Positions 26,275 through 39,303 are shown, numbered from the whole stretch's first letter. The stretch: 63,880 bases of DNA, filler included, from Octopus bimaculoides (GCF_001194135.2; 5 parts of 5 records of this genome joined end to end with filler, not necessarily neighbours in it), one strand, 5' to 3'. Notes: generated by a model not told the origin, from the letters alone. Program-made: numbers and translations.

Positions 26275-27505
26275 TTGGGTCATCCCATAAACAAGACGAA
26301 AGGGCACGGGATAAACTACCTTCATCAACTTGTTATAAAAGAAGGTAGTAATTTTATCTTGTACTTATTCTTAGTGCAAGTTTTGAAGAGTGCAGTTATT
26401 TTTTCAAAGCCATAATGGAAACGATAAAGGAGTATATTCAACATATTTTGCTTTATGAGTTCAATAAAGGCAACAACACGACGGAAAGTGCGAGGAATAT
26501 TATTGCAGTATATGGGGATCGGATAATAAGCGTAATCCAGTGTCAGAAATTCCGAACCGGAAGCTACGGCCTAGAAGACGAGCCTCGTCCTGGAAGATCT
26601 GTAGAGCTCGACGAGTACGTCCTGCAAACTCTGGTGGAACAAAATCTCATTGTAACTGTTGAGGAATCAGCTTGGATTTAGTCATTCAACCATTCATCGA
26701 CACGTGCGTGCCATCGGAAAAGTCAGCAAATTGGGTCAATGAGTTCCTCACAAACTTTCCGAGTCTAATCGCGCGCAGAGAGTGAACGTGTGCTCTTCTT
26801 TGCTGTCACGTCTCACGGATGAACCCTTTTTAGACTAAATAGTGGACTGGTGACGAGAAATGGGTTCTCTATAAAAATGTCAAGCGCCGAAGACAGTGGT
26901 TAGGGAAAGGACAAACACTGGCACCCCAAGCCAAAGAAGGTCTTCACCCACGTATGGTGTTGTTATCTGTTTGGTGGGATATGAAATGTTTAGTCAACTT
27001 TGAAGTTTTAAACCCAAACCAAACGATAGCAAAGGAGATCCATACTGCGAGTAGCTTGAGCGGCTTAAGTCAGCGCTAGAAGGAAAACGACCATCTTTGG
27101 TTTCAAGACGAAAGGTGTTCCTCCATCAGGATAATGCTCGGCCACATACAGCGATGATGACATTCCAAAGGTTGGAGCAGTTTGGATGGAAAACGATGCC
27201 CCACCCACCATATTCGCCGGACATTGCCCCATCTGATTATCATTTATTCCGCAGTCTTCAAAATCATTTGGACTGAAAAAATATGAATTCTATAGACGAG
27301 GTCAGAACAGTACTGGGGGAATATTTTTCGTCGTGGACAAGTGAACTTTGGAAGAGGGGTGTTGCAAGTCTACCAGATAGATGGAAGAGCATTGTAGAAA
27401 ATGAAGGAAAGTATATTTAAGATTTAAAAAGAACTTTGTTTATCTTAATTTTGAAAAATAAAAGAAGTATTTTAAAAAAAACGCATTATTTATGAGATGA
27501 CCCAA
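26275..27505 (+). mobile_element. Full-length non-functional mariner (D,D34D) transposon
   Basis: TIRs TTGGGTCATCCCATAAA / TTTATGAGATGACCCAA flanked by TA. Transposase from ATG 26415 with HTH, TGDEKW, HQDNARPH and HPPYSPDIAPSDYHLF motifs, broken by several stops and frameshifts. Confidence 0.95.
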
Positions 27506-28379
27506 TAAAGGCACGAAACTAGGTATTAGTATTTTTCGGCCGATAACTGATGAAGTATTAGGGTTCTGGTGTCTGTCCTACGCGTACGTTTTGTAGTATT
27601 TAATGCATTCTTTTTATTTATGGAATAACTGAACGCCACACATCCCAACTTTTGTTAACAGTAAATATATATATACATATATATATATATANNNNNNNNN
27701 NNNNNNNNNNNNNNNNNNNNNNNNNNNNNNNNNNNNNNNNNNNNNNNNNNNNNNNNNNNNNNNNNNNNNNNNNNNNNNNNNNNNNNNNNNNNNNNNNNNN
27801 NNNNNNNNNNNNNNNNNNNNNNNNNNNNNNNNNNNNNNNNNNNNNNNNNNNNNNNNNNNNNNNNNNNNNNNNNNNNNNNNNNNNNNNNNNNNNNNNNNNN
27901 NNNNNNNNNNNNNNNNNNNNNNNNNNNNNNNNNNNNNNNNNNNNNNNNNNNNNNNNNNNNNNNNNNNNNNNNNNNNNNNNNNNNNNNNNNNNNNNNNNNN
28001 NNNNNNNNNNNNNNNNNNNNNNNNNNNNNNNNNNNNNNNNNNNNNNNNNNNNNNNNNNNNNNNNNNNNNNNNNNNNNNNNNNNNNNNNNNNNNNNNNNNN
28101 NNNNNNNNNNNNNNNNNNNNNNNNNNNNNNNNNNNNNNNNNNNNNNNNNNNNNNNNNNNNNNNNNNNNNNNNNNNNNNNNNNNNNNNNNNNNNNNNNNNN
28201 NNNNNNNNNNNNNNNNNNNNNNNNNNNNNNNNNTATAATGATGTGTAACATCGGCATTAGGGCCTAATTTAATCCTTTTGTTACTATATTTCTGTTGAAA
28301 TCCACTGCCTTCGTTTCTATTAATTTTGTTAAGAATGATAAATTTAGTAAAATAATTTCGTCCTTATTAAACTAGTGTG

Positions 28380-28570
28380 TAAGGCAGAATCGTTAGCCTA
28401 CTGGACAAAAATGCTTAGTGGTATTTTGTCTTTACGTTCCGAGTTCAAATTCCGCCGAGGTCAACTTTGCCTTTCATCCTTTCGGATTTGATAAAGTAAG
28501 TGCCAGTTAAGTACTGAGTTCGCTGTACTCGACTTACCTTCCCGTCAAAAATTGTTGATCTTTTGCTAAA
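28380..28570 (+). mobile_element. SINE family B copy inserted among MITE fragments
   Basis: Head and central domain. A second diverged copy lies on the minus strand at about 28715-28850. Confidence 0.8.
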
Positions 28571-30417
28571 ATTTGAAGTCATTAATTAAGCTGATGTTTG
28601 CAACAAATTTACACAAAATTTTGAAGGAAGTTTTAATTTCAGTCCCTTTAATTGGAAGTTTGTATCATAAAATCCGAGGCGGTCTTAGGTGAGTTGATAT
28701 CGATCTGATTTTTAACTAGTCCTTATTTTATCAACCCCGGAAGGATGAAAGTCAAATCGTAACTTTGACTGGATTTGAAATCGGAATTCAAAGGAACGCA
28801 GCTAAACAAGCTAAATACTTTAACACACTTTATCCAACTAATCGGCACTTCGTGTTTTATGGTTGTAATATCAGAAATATTTGAAATAAAATATTTCATT
28901 TTCTCTTTTTTCACTTTGTTTTATTTCATTTTTTCATTTTTGTTTTCGTTAAATCTGATTTAATTTATTTGGAGAGAGCTCTTCTACAGATTTCGAAAAC
29001 CAATTTTGGAAAATACAAAATTTCTGTATTCGTTTGAAATGGTAACTTCCTGAAGTTAAATGTTTGATATTGTAACTTCGCAAATATTGCAAGTGGTGAG
29101 TAGTAAAAGTACAAAAAAAAAAAAGGAAAAGAAAACCTGTTGCAGATGAAAGGAAAGGAGGAAAGAGAAGAAAATTAAGAGTGAGTGTCTAAGTCTCACA
29201 GAAAATTTCCATCACAACTTCAAAAACAGAAAAATAAATAAGTGTTTTAAATAAATATAAAAATACAATAACGGAGCCAGTCGTAGAAGAGAGAGAGACT
29301 TTGATGAATAATGAAAGCTGATGAAAGGAAAGTGATGAAGTAAAAAAGAAGCATGAAGATATGGTGATAGCGGTGTGTGGGAATGATAGGGTGGGAGCGG
29401 AGATTTTTTTTTTTTTTTTTTAATGGTAAAAGGCACACAGTTGTGATTTTGTTTGCTGGTTGTGCTGTTGTTGACCTAAGGTTTTTTCGTAGTAGTTTTG
29501 TCGGAAGCTGCAAAATGAAACATGATGGAAAGCGAACGTAGTTGTTGGTCGTGGTAGTGGTGGTGGTGATGTTGCTGCTGGCAATAGCGTTNNNNNNNNN
29601 NNNNNNNNNNNNNNNNNNNNNNNNNNNNNNNNNNNTTAATTAATTAANNNNNNNNNNNNNNNNNNNNNNNNNNNNNNNNNNNNNNNNNNNNAAAAGAAAA
29701 TAACACACACATACACACACACATATTACTAAACGAAGCTAAGCTTGATTCATAAATCACATCTGTAAATCGTAAATCATATCTGTAAGCTCTATCTAGA
29801 GATTTAATACTTCAATGAAAGAGAGGAGAACAGGCTTGGATAGAAACACTTTGCATAATTAAAATCTTTGCCCTCCTACTTCTTCTTCCGTCACTCCTGC
29901 TCTGCTGCAGTAGCAGCAGCTGCTACTGCTACTACTATTACTATTCTTCCACCCCACTGTCTCGTGAGGGTTTTGATTACTCACGCCCATATCAATATCC
30001 ATTACATCTCTCTCCATCTCACTGTTTATAAATATATTTGTATATTAACATTTTTATTGCTCTGTCTCCCATTCTCCCTCTGTACGTACATACATATTTA
30101 TGTATGTCCCTACATACATACATACATACATACATATTTATATAAGGACATTACTGCAGAATAATGCCACACACTAGACTTCCCAAATAAACAAATCTTT
30201 TTATTTGGGAATTCTAGTGTGTGACATTATTCTGTAGTAATGCCCTTATATAAATATAAACGAATAATTATATTCTTGTGAATAAAAAAATGATGGTTTT
30301 TTTTTTCCCCCTTATGAATTTTTTACACACTAACTAGCTTCCTGATAAAATTCTTGTAAAAGATTTTTATCCCATTAGTGAATTTATTAATTAAATACAT
30401 ACATACATATATTTCAT

Positions 30418-30579
30418 ATTAATATTTAGCAGAAACAGAAGAAATATATTAATATTTAGCAGAAGTGATCCGAGGTCCGAGTGTTTCGTGGTTGGCACTT
30501 ATCCACATTAGTTTGCAAAGTGCCAACGCATGAAACTCTCTGCCCTTGAGTCATTCTGTTGCTTCTGCTAAATATTAAT
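30418..30579. mobile_element. Short hairpin MITE with duplicated left TIR
   Basis: Perfect 18-bp inverted repeat ATTAATATTTAGCAGAAG (30448-30465 / 30562-30579), inner 10-bp inverted repeat GTTGGCACTT/AAGTGCCAAC, and an extra TIR copy at 30418-30434. Confidence 0.65.
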
Positions 30580-30584
30580 CCCTT

Positions 30585-30785
30585 TTTCTACTATAAGCAC
30601 AAGGCCTGAAATGTGTGGGGAGAGGATGAGTCGATTAGATTGACACCAGTGTTTCACTGGTACTTAATTTATCAACCTCGAAAGGATGAAAGGCAAAGTC
30701 GACCTCGGCGGAAGTTGAACCCAGAACGTAGCGACCGGCGAAATACCGCTAAGTATTTCGACAAGCGTGCTAATGATTCTGCCTA
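30585..30785 (-). mobile_element. SINE family B copy
   Basis: Reverse complement of the family. Confidence 0.85.
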
Positions 30786-30986
30786 ATAACAATATACATA
30801 TACTCATATATTGAGTTCTATATTTTCTCTTTGCATCAACATACCTATCTATCGGTCTGTCTACCCCCCCTCTCTCAATTTTCCTATTTTCTCCTAAATA
30901 CGTCCCGCTTCGACCATTGTTTCCTGGGACACTTAAGCAACATTTAGCTAACTTTTACATTCATACATATATATATATATATATAT

Positions 30987-31374
30987 GGCTGTGTGGTAAG
31001 TAGCTTGCTTACCAACTACATGGTTCTGGGTTCAGTCCCACTGCGTGGCACCTTGGGCAAGTGTCTTCTACTATAGCCTTGGGCCGACCAAAGCCTTGTG
31101 AGTGGATTTGGTAGATGGAAACTGAAAGCCCGTCGTATATATGTATATATAAGTATATATATATATGTATGTGTGTATTTGTGTCTGTTTGTCCCCCAAC
31201 ATCGCTTGACAACCGATGGTGGTGTGTTTACGTCCCCGTAACCTAGCGGTTCGGCAAAAGAGACCGATAGAATAAGTACTATGCATTCAAAGAATAAGTC
31301 CTGGGGTCGATTTGCTAGACTAAAGGCGGTGCTCCAGCATGGCCGCAGTCAAATGACTGAAACAAGTAAAAGAG
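30987..31374 (+). mobile_element. SINE family A, near full-length copy
   Basis: Same head, body and tail as 3614-4027. Confidence 0.9.
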
Positions 31375-31616
31375 TATATATATATATATATATATACACT
31401 CACCTAACACATATATTCTCTCTCTCTAGATCATTTTTATTTTCTCTCCTCTGTCTATATTTTCACTTCCCTCTTTTCCCATGTCTTTCTTTTTTCATAT
31501 ATATATATATATATATATATATGGGAGAATATACAAAAAATAACAACAGACGAGGACAGGTGGTGTAAAATATATATATATATATATATTTATATAAGGG
31601 CATTACTACAGAATGC

Positions 31617-31664
<48 letters not shown>

Positions 31665-32349
31665 GTATATATACTGCCATTGTGTATTTTCTCTTTTTAC
31701 TTCCGCCTCCTTTTTTTTTCTCGCTTTGAATTTCCTCTCCTCCCCCCCTCCCACGCTCTTTTTCTTTCTTTTGTTATTCTCAGTGTTGCCGTCACCACCA
31801 CCACCACCACCATTGCCACAATGATCTCAACCGCCGACGCCACCCTCACCACCAGAATCGCTACAGCCATCGTCGCTTCTGCCGCTACAGGGAGACCTCT
31901 ACGTGGTTGTTCCAAGCGTTAGAAATGGCAGTTAAACCTCTCTCGAATTACATCCTTCGCTGATAAAACGGGGAGCACATTGGATAATGTGATCCTAAAT
32001 AAACTACATGCAGCATTGTGCGCCCCCGGGCCAACCAATGCACTTGGGCCTAGAATATTTATTTATTAAGAAGCCACAGCACACATATATCGAAATTGGG
32101 CGATCAATGCTGACGTAGGGCTATAGAGCTACTAACATTGCGACTTGTCGTCTGCCTCTTTCGTTTCACTTATCACCTCTAACACTATTATTACAACAAT
32201 GGCAACTGTAGCGTCACCACCATCATCTCCATCACTATTGCAACCATCATCAACATCGTCATCATCACCACCACCACTACCACCTCCACAACTTCAATCA
32301 TTTTCACTACGACTACCAGGACTAGAGTACTCTTCACCATCGCCATCAA

Positions 32350-32553
32350 TATTGAAGCTACCACCACCACCACCACCACGACTACATTCATCTTCCTCAA
32401 CGTCACCACCACCACGACTAAATTCATCTTCCTCAACGTCGCCACCACCACCACCACTACTACATTCATCTTTCTCAACGTCACCACCACCACCACCACT
32501 AAATTCATCTTCCTCAACGTCACCACCACCACCACTAAATTCATCTTCCTCAA
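32350..32553. repeat. 36-42 bp minisatellite (CACCACCAC...ATTCATCTTCCTCAACGT), runs into a gap
   Basis: At least 5 units with a variable (CCA)n tract. Confidence 0.85.
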
Positions 32554-33889
32554 NNNNNNNNNNNNNNNNNNNNNNNNNNNNNNNNNNNNNNNNNNNNNNN
32601 NNNNNNNNNNNNNNNNNNNNNNNNNNNNNNNNNNNNNNNNNNNNNNNNNNNNNNNNNNNNNNNNNNNNNNNNNNNNNNNNNNNNNNNNNNNNNNNNNNNN
32701 NNNNNNNNNNNNNNNNNNNNNNNNNNNNNNNNNNNNNNNNNNNNNNNNNNNNNNNNNNNNNNNNNNNNNNNNNNNNNNNNNNNNNNNNNNNNNNNNNNNN
32801 NNNNNNNNNNNNNNNNNNNNNNNNNNNNNNNNNNNNNNNNNNNNNNNNNNNNNNNNNNNNNNNNNNNNNNNNNNNNNNNNNNNNNNNNNNNNNNNNNNNN
32901 NNNNNNNNNNNNNNNNNNNNNNNNNNNNNNNNNNNNNNNNNNNNNNNNNNNNNNNNNNNNNNNNNNNNNNNNNNNNNNNNNNNNNNNNNNNNNNNNNNNN
33001 NNNNNNNNNNNNNNNNNNNATAAATAAATATACATACATATTTACATACGTATACATTCACTGTTTCACACACATACATTGTTCATATTCATATATTATT
33101 CATATACATATATTCATATACACGTATACACATTCACAGTTTCACACACATTCACTCATATATTATTCAAATACACATACACACATTCGCTCATGAATAT
33201 TCATTTTCACACACATGCTGTCAATCACACATATTCACTCTTCTTCAGCCACCTTTGAACCACTCTTTCTCTACTCTTACTACAACCACGTTCTCAACCA
33301 TCGTCACTACTTCTACTCCTCCCACCACGCTGTATACTTCAACTATAATTCTCTTTCTCCTTTTCCTACATGGTCTTGTCTACATCTCTTTTTCTTTTTC
33401 TAATTCACTCTCTCTATATCTCTCTTTTTCCCTCTCCTATATATCTTTTGACTTTCTCTTTCACTATAACTTTTAACTCCTCCCACTGTCCGTCACACTC
33501 TCTCTTTAGATGTATGTATATCTTTCTTACAGTTCTTGAACTAATAACCCTATCTCTCTCTCTCTACTTACAATCAACTTCCTCTAATCTTTATTCTCCC
33601 ACCCCTTCCTTTCTTTCTCTGCCTTTCCTTCTTTTCCTTACTCTCTTTCTCCCCTTCTTTTCTCTCTTTCTATCCCTTCTTCTCTCTGTCTCCCCTCCAG
33701 CTCTCTATCTACCTTTACAGTTAATTAACCTATTTGTCTGTATATCTATTCCACTATACACTCTTCCTCTCTCTCATTCTCGATCCTTACTTCTCCTCCT
33801 CCTCCTCCTCTCTCTCTCTCTCTATGCGTTACTTCTCCTCCTCCTCCTCCCTCCTTTATCATTCCCCCCCACGTTGTCTTATCATTCAT

Positions 33890-34043
33890 CTCCGTGTTTC
33901 GCTGTAGTTTCTGCGTGTCACTCGAATTATATTCGTTGCGTGTGTCCGCTCTTATCCATTTGACATACGACAATCCGGATTTGACCAACACCACAGACAA
34001 CTAACTAGCCAGCCAGCAAATATTTCTCTCTCTCTCTACAATC
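33890..34043 (+). promoter_or_regulatory. Probable annexin 5' UTR / proximal promoter
   Basis: Unique CpG-containing sequence between a long CT-rich tract and the exon-1 ATG. The transcription start cannot be placed from sequence. Confidence 0.3.
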
Positions 34044-34133
34044 ATGGAAGGGGATGCCGATGTACCGACTGTTGACGATGTAATGAAAGCTGCTTCCAAA
34101 GCTATGGGAGTGCCTTTACGCCCGAAAGTCCAG
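34044..34133 (+). CDS. Annexin, coding exon 1 (N-terminal head, MEGDADVPTVDDVMKAASKAMGVPLRPKVQ)
   Basis: ATG in ACAATCATGG context, 30 open codons, CAG|GTAAAT donor in phase 0 that matches the phase-0 start of the annexin exon at 51255. The head has no family motif, so linkage to the annexin is by phase and position. Confidence 0.65.
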
Positions 34134-34339
34134 GTAAATAGACAGCAATATTGAGTGAAAAAAAATCTATCATGATAATTAATAATGTTGGTTATAATAA
34201 TAATGATGATAATTATAATAATATTGCTTATTATTATTTCTTTTGTTAGCCAAAAGTGCTCGCAAAATGGTTTCTGCTGGAGGCGCAAAGCTTCAAATTG
34301 AGAATGGGGAAGTCGCTTAGCTATGTTCCCCCGCCAGAT

Positions 34340-35340
34340 ATTGTTTAACCCCAGGCCAGCCTTGGTCGGACAGGCCTATGATCAAAGACTGCACTCTATT
34401 TTTTTTATTCAGGCATAGTGTATCTCTGACTACGTTATATAATGTGTCGTTCCTTATTGTTGCTGTTTAGCCCCAAACCAGCTTTAGTCCAGTTGACCAA
34501 TGATCAAAGGCGTTCCAGTCGTGACCATCCTGTCATTTTTTAAAACACAGTGCATCCAGAATTACGTTATATAATGTGTCGTTCCTTGTAGTTGTTGTCT
34601 AGCCCTGAGTCAGCTTTAGTCCAGTTGACCAATGATCAAAGGCGTTCCAGTCGTGGCCATCCTTTCTGTTTTTTTTTTTAACAATTTATCTTGGGTTACG
34701 TTACCTACTGCGTTCTTCCTTCATGTTGTTTAGCCCCAGGTCATCCCTGCTCCAGTATACCACTGATGAAAGCTGCTCCAGGCGTGATCATCCTGGCTTT
34801 TATTCAGGCATCGTGCACCTTAGACTACATTATCTAATGTGCCTGTCTGTTATTTAACCTCTGGTCGAGCGGATTTTTTTCGATTAAAGATGTTCTAACT
34901 ATGACTATACCACCTTATTTTCTGGCATAATGTATCAAGGACTACATTATCTAATGTGCCCTTATTCTTGTTTAGCCCCAGGTCAGCTTCGATCCAGTAA
35001 GCCGATGATTAAATGTGTCCGTGGTATGACCCTCTTGTATTTTATCCAGACTTAGTCTATCGAGGACTACATTATCTCATGTAACTTTGTTCTTTAACCC
35101 CAGGTCAGCCTTGTTCTGGCAGACCTATAATTAAAAGCGTTCCAGCTGTGACCCTCCCATCTTTTATCCAGACATAGCGAATCTGGGACCACAATAATTG
35201 AAACGCCCTTTTTGTTGTGTTTAGCCCCAGGTCAAGCAGACCCGTAATCAAAAGTGTTCTAGCTATGACGATCCTGCCTTGTATTGCAGACTATGTTATT
35301 GTTGTTTAACCCTCGGTCAGTCCTGATCCGGCTACCTTCT
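34340..35340. repeat. Degenerate tandem array, about 9 units of about 120-130 bp
   Basis: Recurring TGTTTAGCCCCAGGTCAGC...ATGATCAAAG..TTCCAG...ACTACATTAT.TAATGTG starting near 34345, 34465, 34597, 34727, 34850, 34970, 35092, 35219 and 35303. Confidence 0.85.
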
Positions 35341-35585
35341 GAAAGCTTAGACATATTTTAGTCGTGACTCTTTCCGATTTCATTTTTCAGACAATAGGGT
35401 GTGGTTAACAGCTTACTTGTGGGAGTTATAGCTGCTATTTCTAACATGTCAACTATTTTAAGGATAGGAAACCTTGTCTGCATATGAAATTCTACCTCCG
35501 CCCCCCCCCCACACTTCCGCTCCTCAAATTTGAAAGGATCCATCGATGAAATCCTTTAAAAACAAATATGTAATAGTTGACGCCT

Positions 35586-36230
35586 TAAACCTTCGTTATT
35601 ATAATTCTGTTGAGAAACATGCTGCTTCCATTTCAATTAATTTTGCAAATAAGAATTTAGTTAAATAACTATGTTGTTATTAAGCTGACGTTTGGAACAT
35701 AAATTAACATGTAATTACTGATGAAATGATGTTTTTTATTCAGATCACTTTAACCCTCCTGTTACCATATTTCTGTTGGAATGCACTGCCTTTTCGTTCA
35801 GTAATTTTGGAAATACTGAAGAATTTAGTAAAATAATTTTGTTGCTATAATCAATCTGGTGTTTGGGACATAAATTAAATTGAAATTTTGATGGAAAGTT
35901 TAACTCTTTGATGCCATAATTCTGTGGAAACATACTGCGTTTTTTGCAGTTAATTTTGGAAATACTGAAGAATTTAGTAAATAATTTTGCTGTTATTTAA
36001 GCTGGTGTGTAGAATATATATTAGCTTGAAATTTTTGATGAAAGAAGGTTTCTGACATCACTTTAACCTTCCTGTTACCATATTTTTGTGGAAACATACT
36101 GCGTTTTATGCAGTTAATTTTGGAAAATACTGAAGAATTTTGTGAAATAACTTTCGTCATTATTTAGTTTGGAACATAAATTGAATTGGAATTTTAATGG
36201 TAGGTTTTAATTAAGATTATCTAACCCTCC
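35586..36230. repeat. Tandem array of 4 units of about 150-165 bp of a TTAACC-starting AT-rich element
   Basis: Units start near 35586, 35750, 35901 and 36063. The same family occurs dispersed at about 28270-28380. Confidence 0.8.
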
Positions 36231-36304
36231 TGGGACCGTCCCTGCTTCAAAGATACGTATTTCTTGTTTTAGTATAAAACCTCCTTCCATCAAAATTTCA
36301 TACT

Positions 36305-36530
36305 CTTTTACTTGTTTCAGTCATTTGACTGCAGCCATGCTGGAGCACCGCCTTTATAGTCGAGCAAATTGACCCCAGAGCTTATTCTTTGTAAGCCTAG
36401 TACTTATTCTATCGGTCTCTTTTGCCGAATTGCCAAGTTACGGGGACGTAAACACACCAGCATCGGTTGTCAAGCGATGCTGGGGGGGGGGGGAGACAAA
36501 CACAGACACACAAATATGTATACACACACA
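36305..36530 (-). mobile_element. SINE family A 3' half
   Basis: Reverse complement of the family tail. Confidence 0.85.
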
Positions 36531-36584
36531 CATACATATATATATAGTTCCAAACACCAGCTTGATAATGATAATAATGATTTC

Positions 36585-36785
36585 AAATTTTGGCACAAGG
36601 CCAGCAATTTCGGGGGAGCAAATAAGACAATTACATCATTCCCCAGCACTCAACTGGTACTTAATTTATCGACCCTGAAAGGATGAAAAGCAAAGTTGAC
36701 CTCTGCAAAATTTGAACCCAGAACGTAAAGACTGACAAAATGCCGCTTAGCATTTTGCCCGGCACACTAACAATTCTGCCAGTTT
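36585..36785 (-). mobile_element. SINE family B copy
   Basis: Reverse complement of the family. Confidence 0.8.
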
Positions 36786-36988
36786 GCAGGCATAAAGTTA
36801 CCAACCGGCAACTACAGGAATTGAACCAAGTAACTCTCAGACGTTGGTCAAGTGCCCTAACGTTAAGCTAAACAGTCCAGGACAACCAACTTGACAGTCG
36901 AACTATCCAACCCATGCCAGCATGGAAAACGGACGTTAAATGATGATGATGATGATGTATACATATGGATATATGTATCTACATATGG

Positions 36989-37021
<33 letters not shown>

Positions 37022-37039
37022 CATATATACATATATATA

Positions 37040-37268
37040 TAAAAGACACCATTTCGAGCGTGGCCGTTTTCGTGCGGGTGACACGTAAAAGCACCCACTA
37101 CACTCTCTGAGTGGTTGGCGTTAGGAAGGGCATCCAGCTGTAGAAACTCTGCCAAATCAGACTGGAGCCTGGTGTTGCCATCCGGTTTCACCAGTCCTCA
37201 GTCAAATCGTCCAACCCATGCTAGCATGGAAAGCGGACGTTAAACGATGATGATGATGATGATGATGA
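37040..37268 (+). mobile_element. Retroposon family D 3' end with (GAT)n tail
   Basis: GGTTGGCGTTAGGAAGGGCATCCAGCTGTAGAAAC...CCAACCCATGCTAGCATGGAAAGCGGACGTTAAACGATGATG. Related pieces at about 36880-36960, 38200-38320, 41810-41860, 42970-43190 and 46725-46790. Confidence 0.75.
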
Positions 37269-37372
37269 TATATATATATATATGTATGTATGTATGTATG
37301 TATTTTTATATATATGTGTTCGTGTATATATATTCATGTATGTATATATATATGTTTGTGTGCATATGTATC

Positions 37373-37403
<31 letters not shown>

Positions 37404-38461
37404 TTGTATATAAACGTATGCATATATGTATGTGTGTATATATATATATATATATATGTATGTGTATCTTTATGTCTATATATATGTATATCTGTATGTA
37501 TGTATATATATTTGTTTGTATATATATAAATATATATATATATATGTATGTATATCTTTATGTCTATATGTTATGTATGTATATCTTTATGTCTCTATGT
37601 TATGTATGTATATATGTATGTACGTATATCTTTATGTCTACATGTATGTATATCTGAATGTGTGTATATATGTATGTATATCTTTATGTCTATATGTATG
37701 TATATCTGAATGTACATATATATGTATGTATGTGTGTACGTTTGTGTCTCCTCGTCTTGAAATTGCAGAAGGGTTTGAAATCAGTATCATTGTCACACAA
37801 GCAGCCTCCCACATGCGAAACGCTGGGTTCATCACATTCTCCTTTCATTGTAAAACCCTTTTTTCATTATTCCGATTAAAAACACAGGTAAACAACAGCT
37901 ACGGTGGGACACCATTAACAATGAGTCATAAATGCACTTGACTACAAAGCTGCAACGTAATCATTTGTCTATTTTTAATATTTTATCTTCTTTATCTGCG
38001 TGTTATGTCCATTACTGTTTTAACAAGAATCCGGTTGAGGTTATATTTATGCTTTTCCCAAGGAACATGGGGCTCTTTTGTGTTAGGTTCACAGTCTTTT
38101 AAATTTTAAGACTAAGTGAATATTTTCAAATTTGGTGTTTTGCTTTACTTAAGAAGACCCATCCCCCACAGCAGAAGGGCTAAGGGCACCTCATAAAAGA
38201 ACTCATGCTGGTGCCACGTTAAAAGCACCCAGCACACTCTTGGAGGGTTGGCGTTAGGAAGGGCATCGAGCTGTAGAAACCGAACCAGATCAGACAGTGA
38301 ACCTGGTGCAGCTCACCTGTCTGCCACCCCCACCCTCACACATACAAAGGTACGAAATTGTATTTGACCCTTTGACTGATAACTGAAGATGATTTGTTGA
38401 CCTTCTGTGTCTGTTTTTTTGTTTGTTTGTGCATTTATCATGTGTTTTCAAACTTATTATA

Positions 38462-38775
38462 TACTAGCAGTATAGCCCGGCTTTGCTCGGGATTAAGTTG
38501 GGATTATTAAGCTAATCAAGTTCTTTATTTCAAACCAAACTAAGTAACATCGACATCAAATTTGGGCAGAATCAGTGTTGCGACGGGAGTGCATGGGTTG
38601 GGAGTTTGATCGGCAGAGGTGATCAGGTAACACATGCCAGCCCTTTGAAAACACCACTGCCATCATCTAACCCCTATTTCCCATGGGTTGGGAACCCTTG
38701 CAGCAAGGAAAATAGAATGCCCAAAAGGGCTCCCGATTCTCTGTGTCAGAAGCGGTTATGTTCACATTACAACTA
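38462..38775 (+). mobile_element. Possible non-autonomous Helitron-like element
   Basis: Begins ACTAGCAGTATAGCCCGGCTTTGCTCGGG with a short sub-terminal hairpin. 3' end unclear. Confidence 0.35.
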
Positions 38776-38797
38776 AGTCTTAAGTATATGTGTGTAT

Positions 38798-38847
<50 letters not shown>

Positions 38848-39303
38848 GTATATACATTTCTTNNNNNNNNNNNNNNNNNNNNNNNNNNNNNNNNNNNNNN
38901 NNNNNNNNNNNNNNNNNNNNNNNNNNNNNNNNNNNNNNNNNNNNNNNNNNNNNNNNNNNNNNNNNNNNNNNNNNNNNNNNNNNNNNNNNNNNNNNNNNNN
39001 NNNNNNNNNNNNNNNNNNNNNNNNNNNNNNNNNNNNNNNNNNNNNNNNNNNNNNNNNNNNNNNNNNNNNNNNNNNNNNNNNNNNNNNNNNNNNNNNNNNN
39101 NNNNNNNNNNNNNNNNNNNNNNNNNNNNNNNNNNNNNNNNNNNNNNNNNNNNNNNNNNNNNNNNNNNNNNNNNNNNNNNNNNNNNNNNNNNNNNNNNNNN
39201 NNNNNNNNNNNNNNNNNNNNNNNNNNNNNNNNNNNNNNNNNNNNNNNNNNNNNNNNNNNNNNNNNNNNNNNNNNNNNNNNNNNNNNNNNNNNNNNNNNNN
39301 NNN

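Noticed and set aside
32145-33023. Pro/Ser-rich ORF (extensin-like) and its EEDEFSGGGG antisense frame
   Set aside because: Translation of a minisatellite running into N; no splice signals or non-repetitive domain.
34340-35340. Retrozyme-like (hammerhead-bearing) tandem array or CRISPR-like array
   Set aside because: No recurrent CTGANGA...GAAA core in the units, and whole units are homologous, with no unique spacers.
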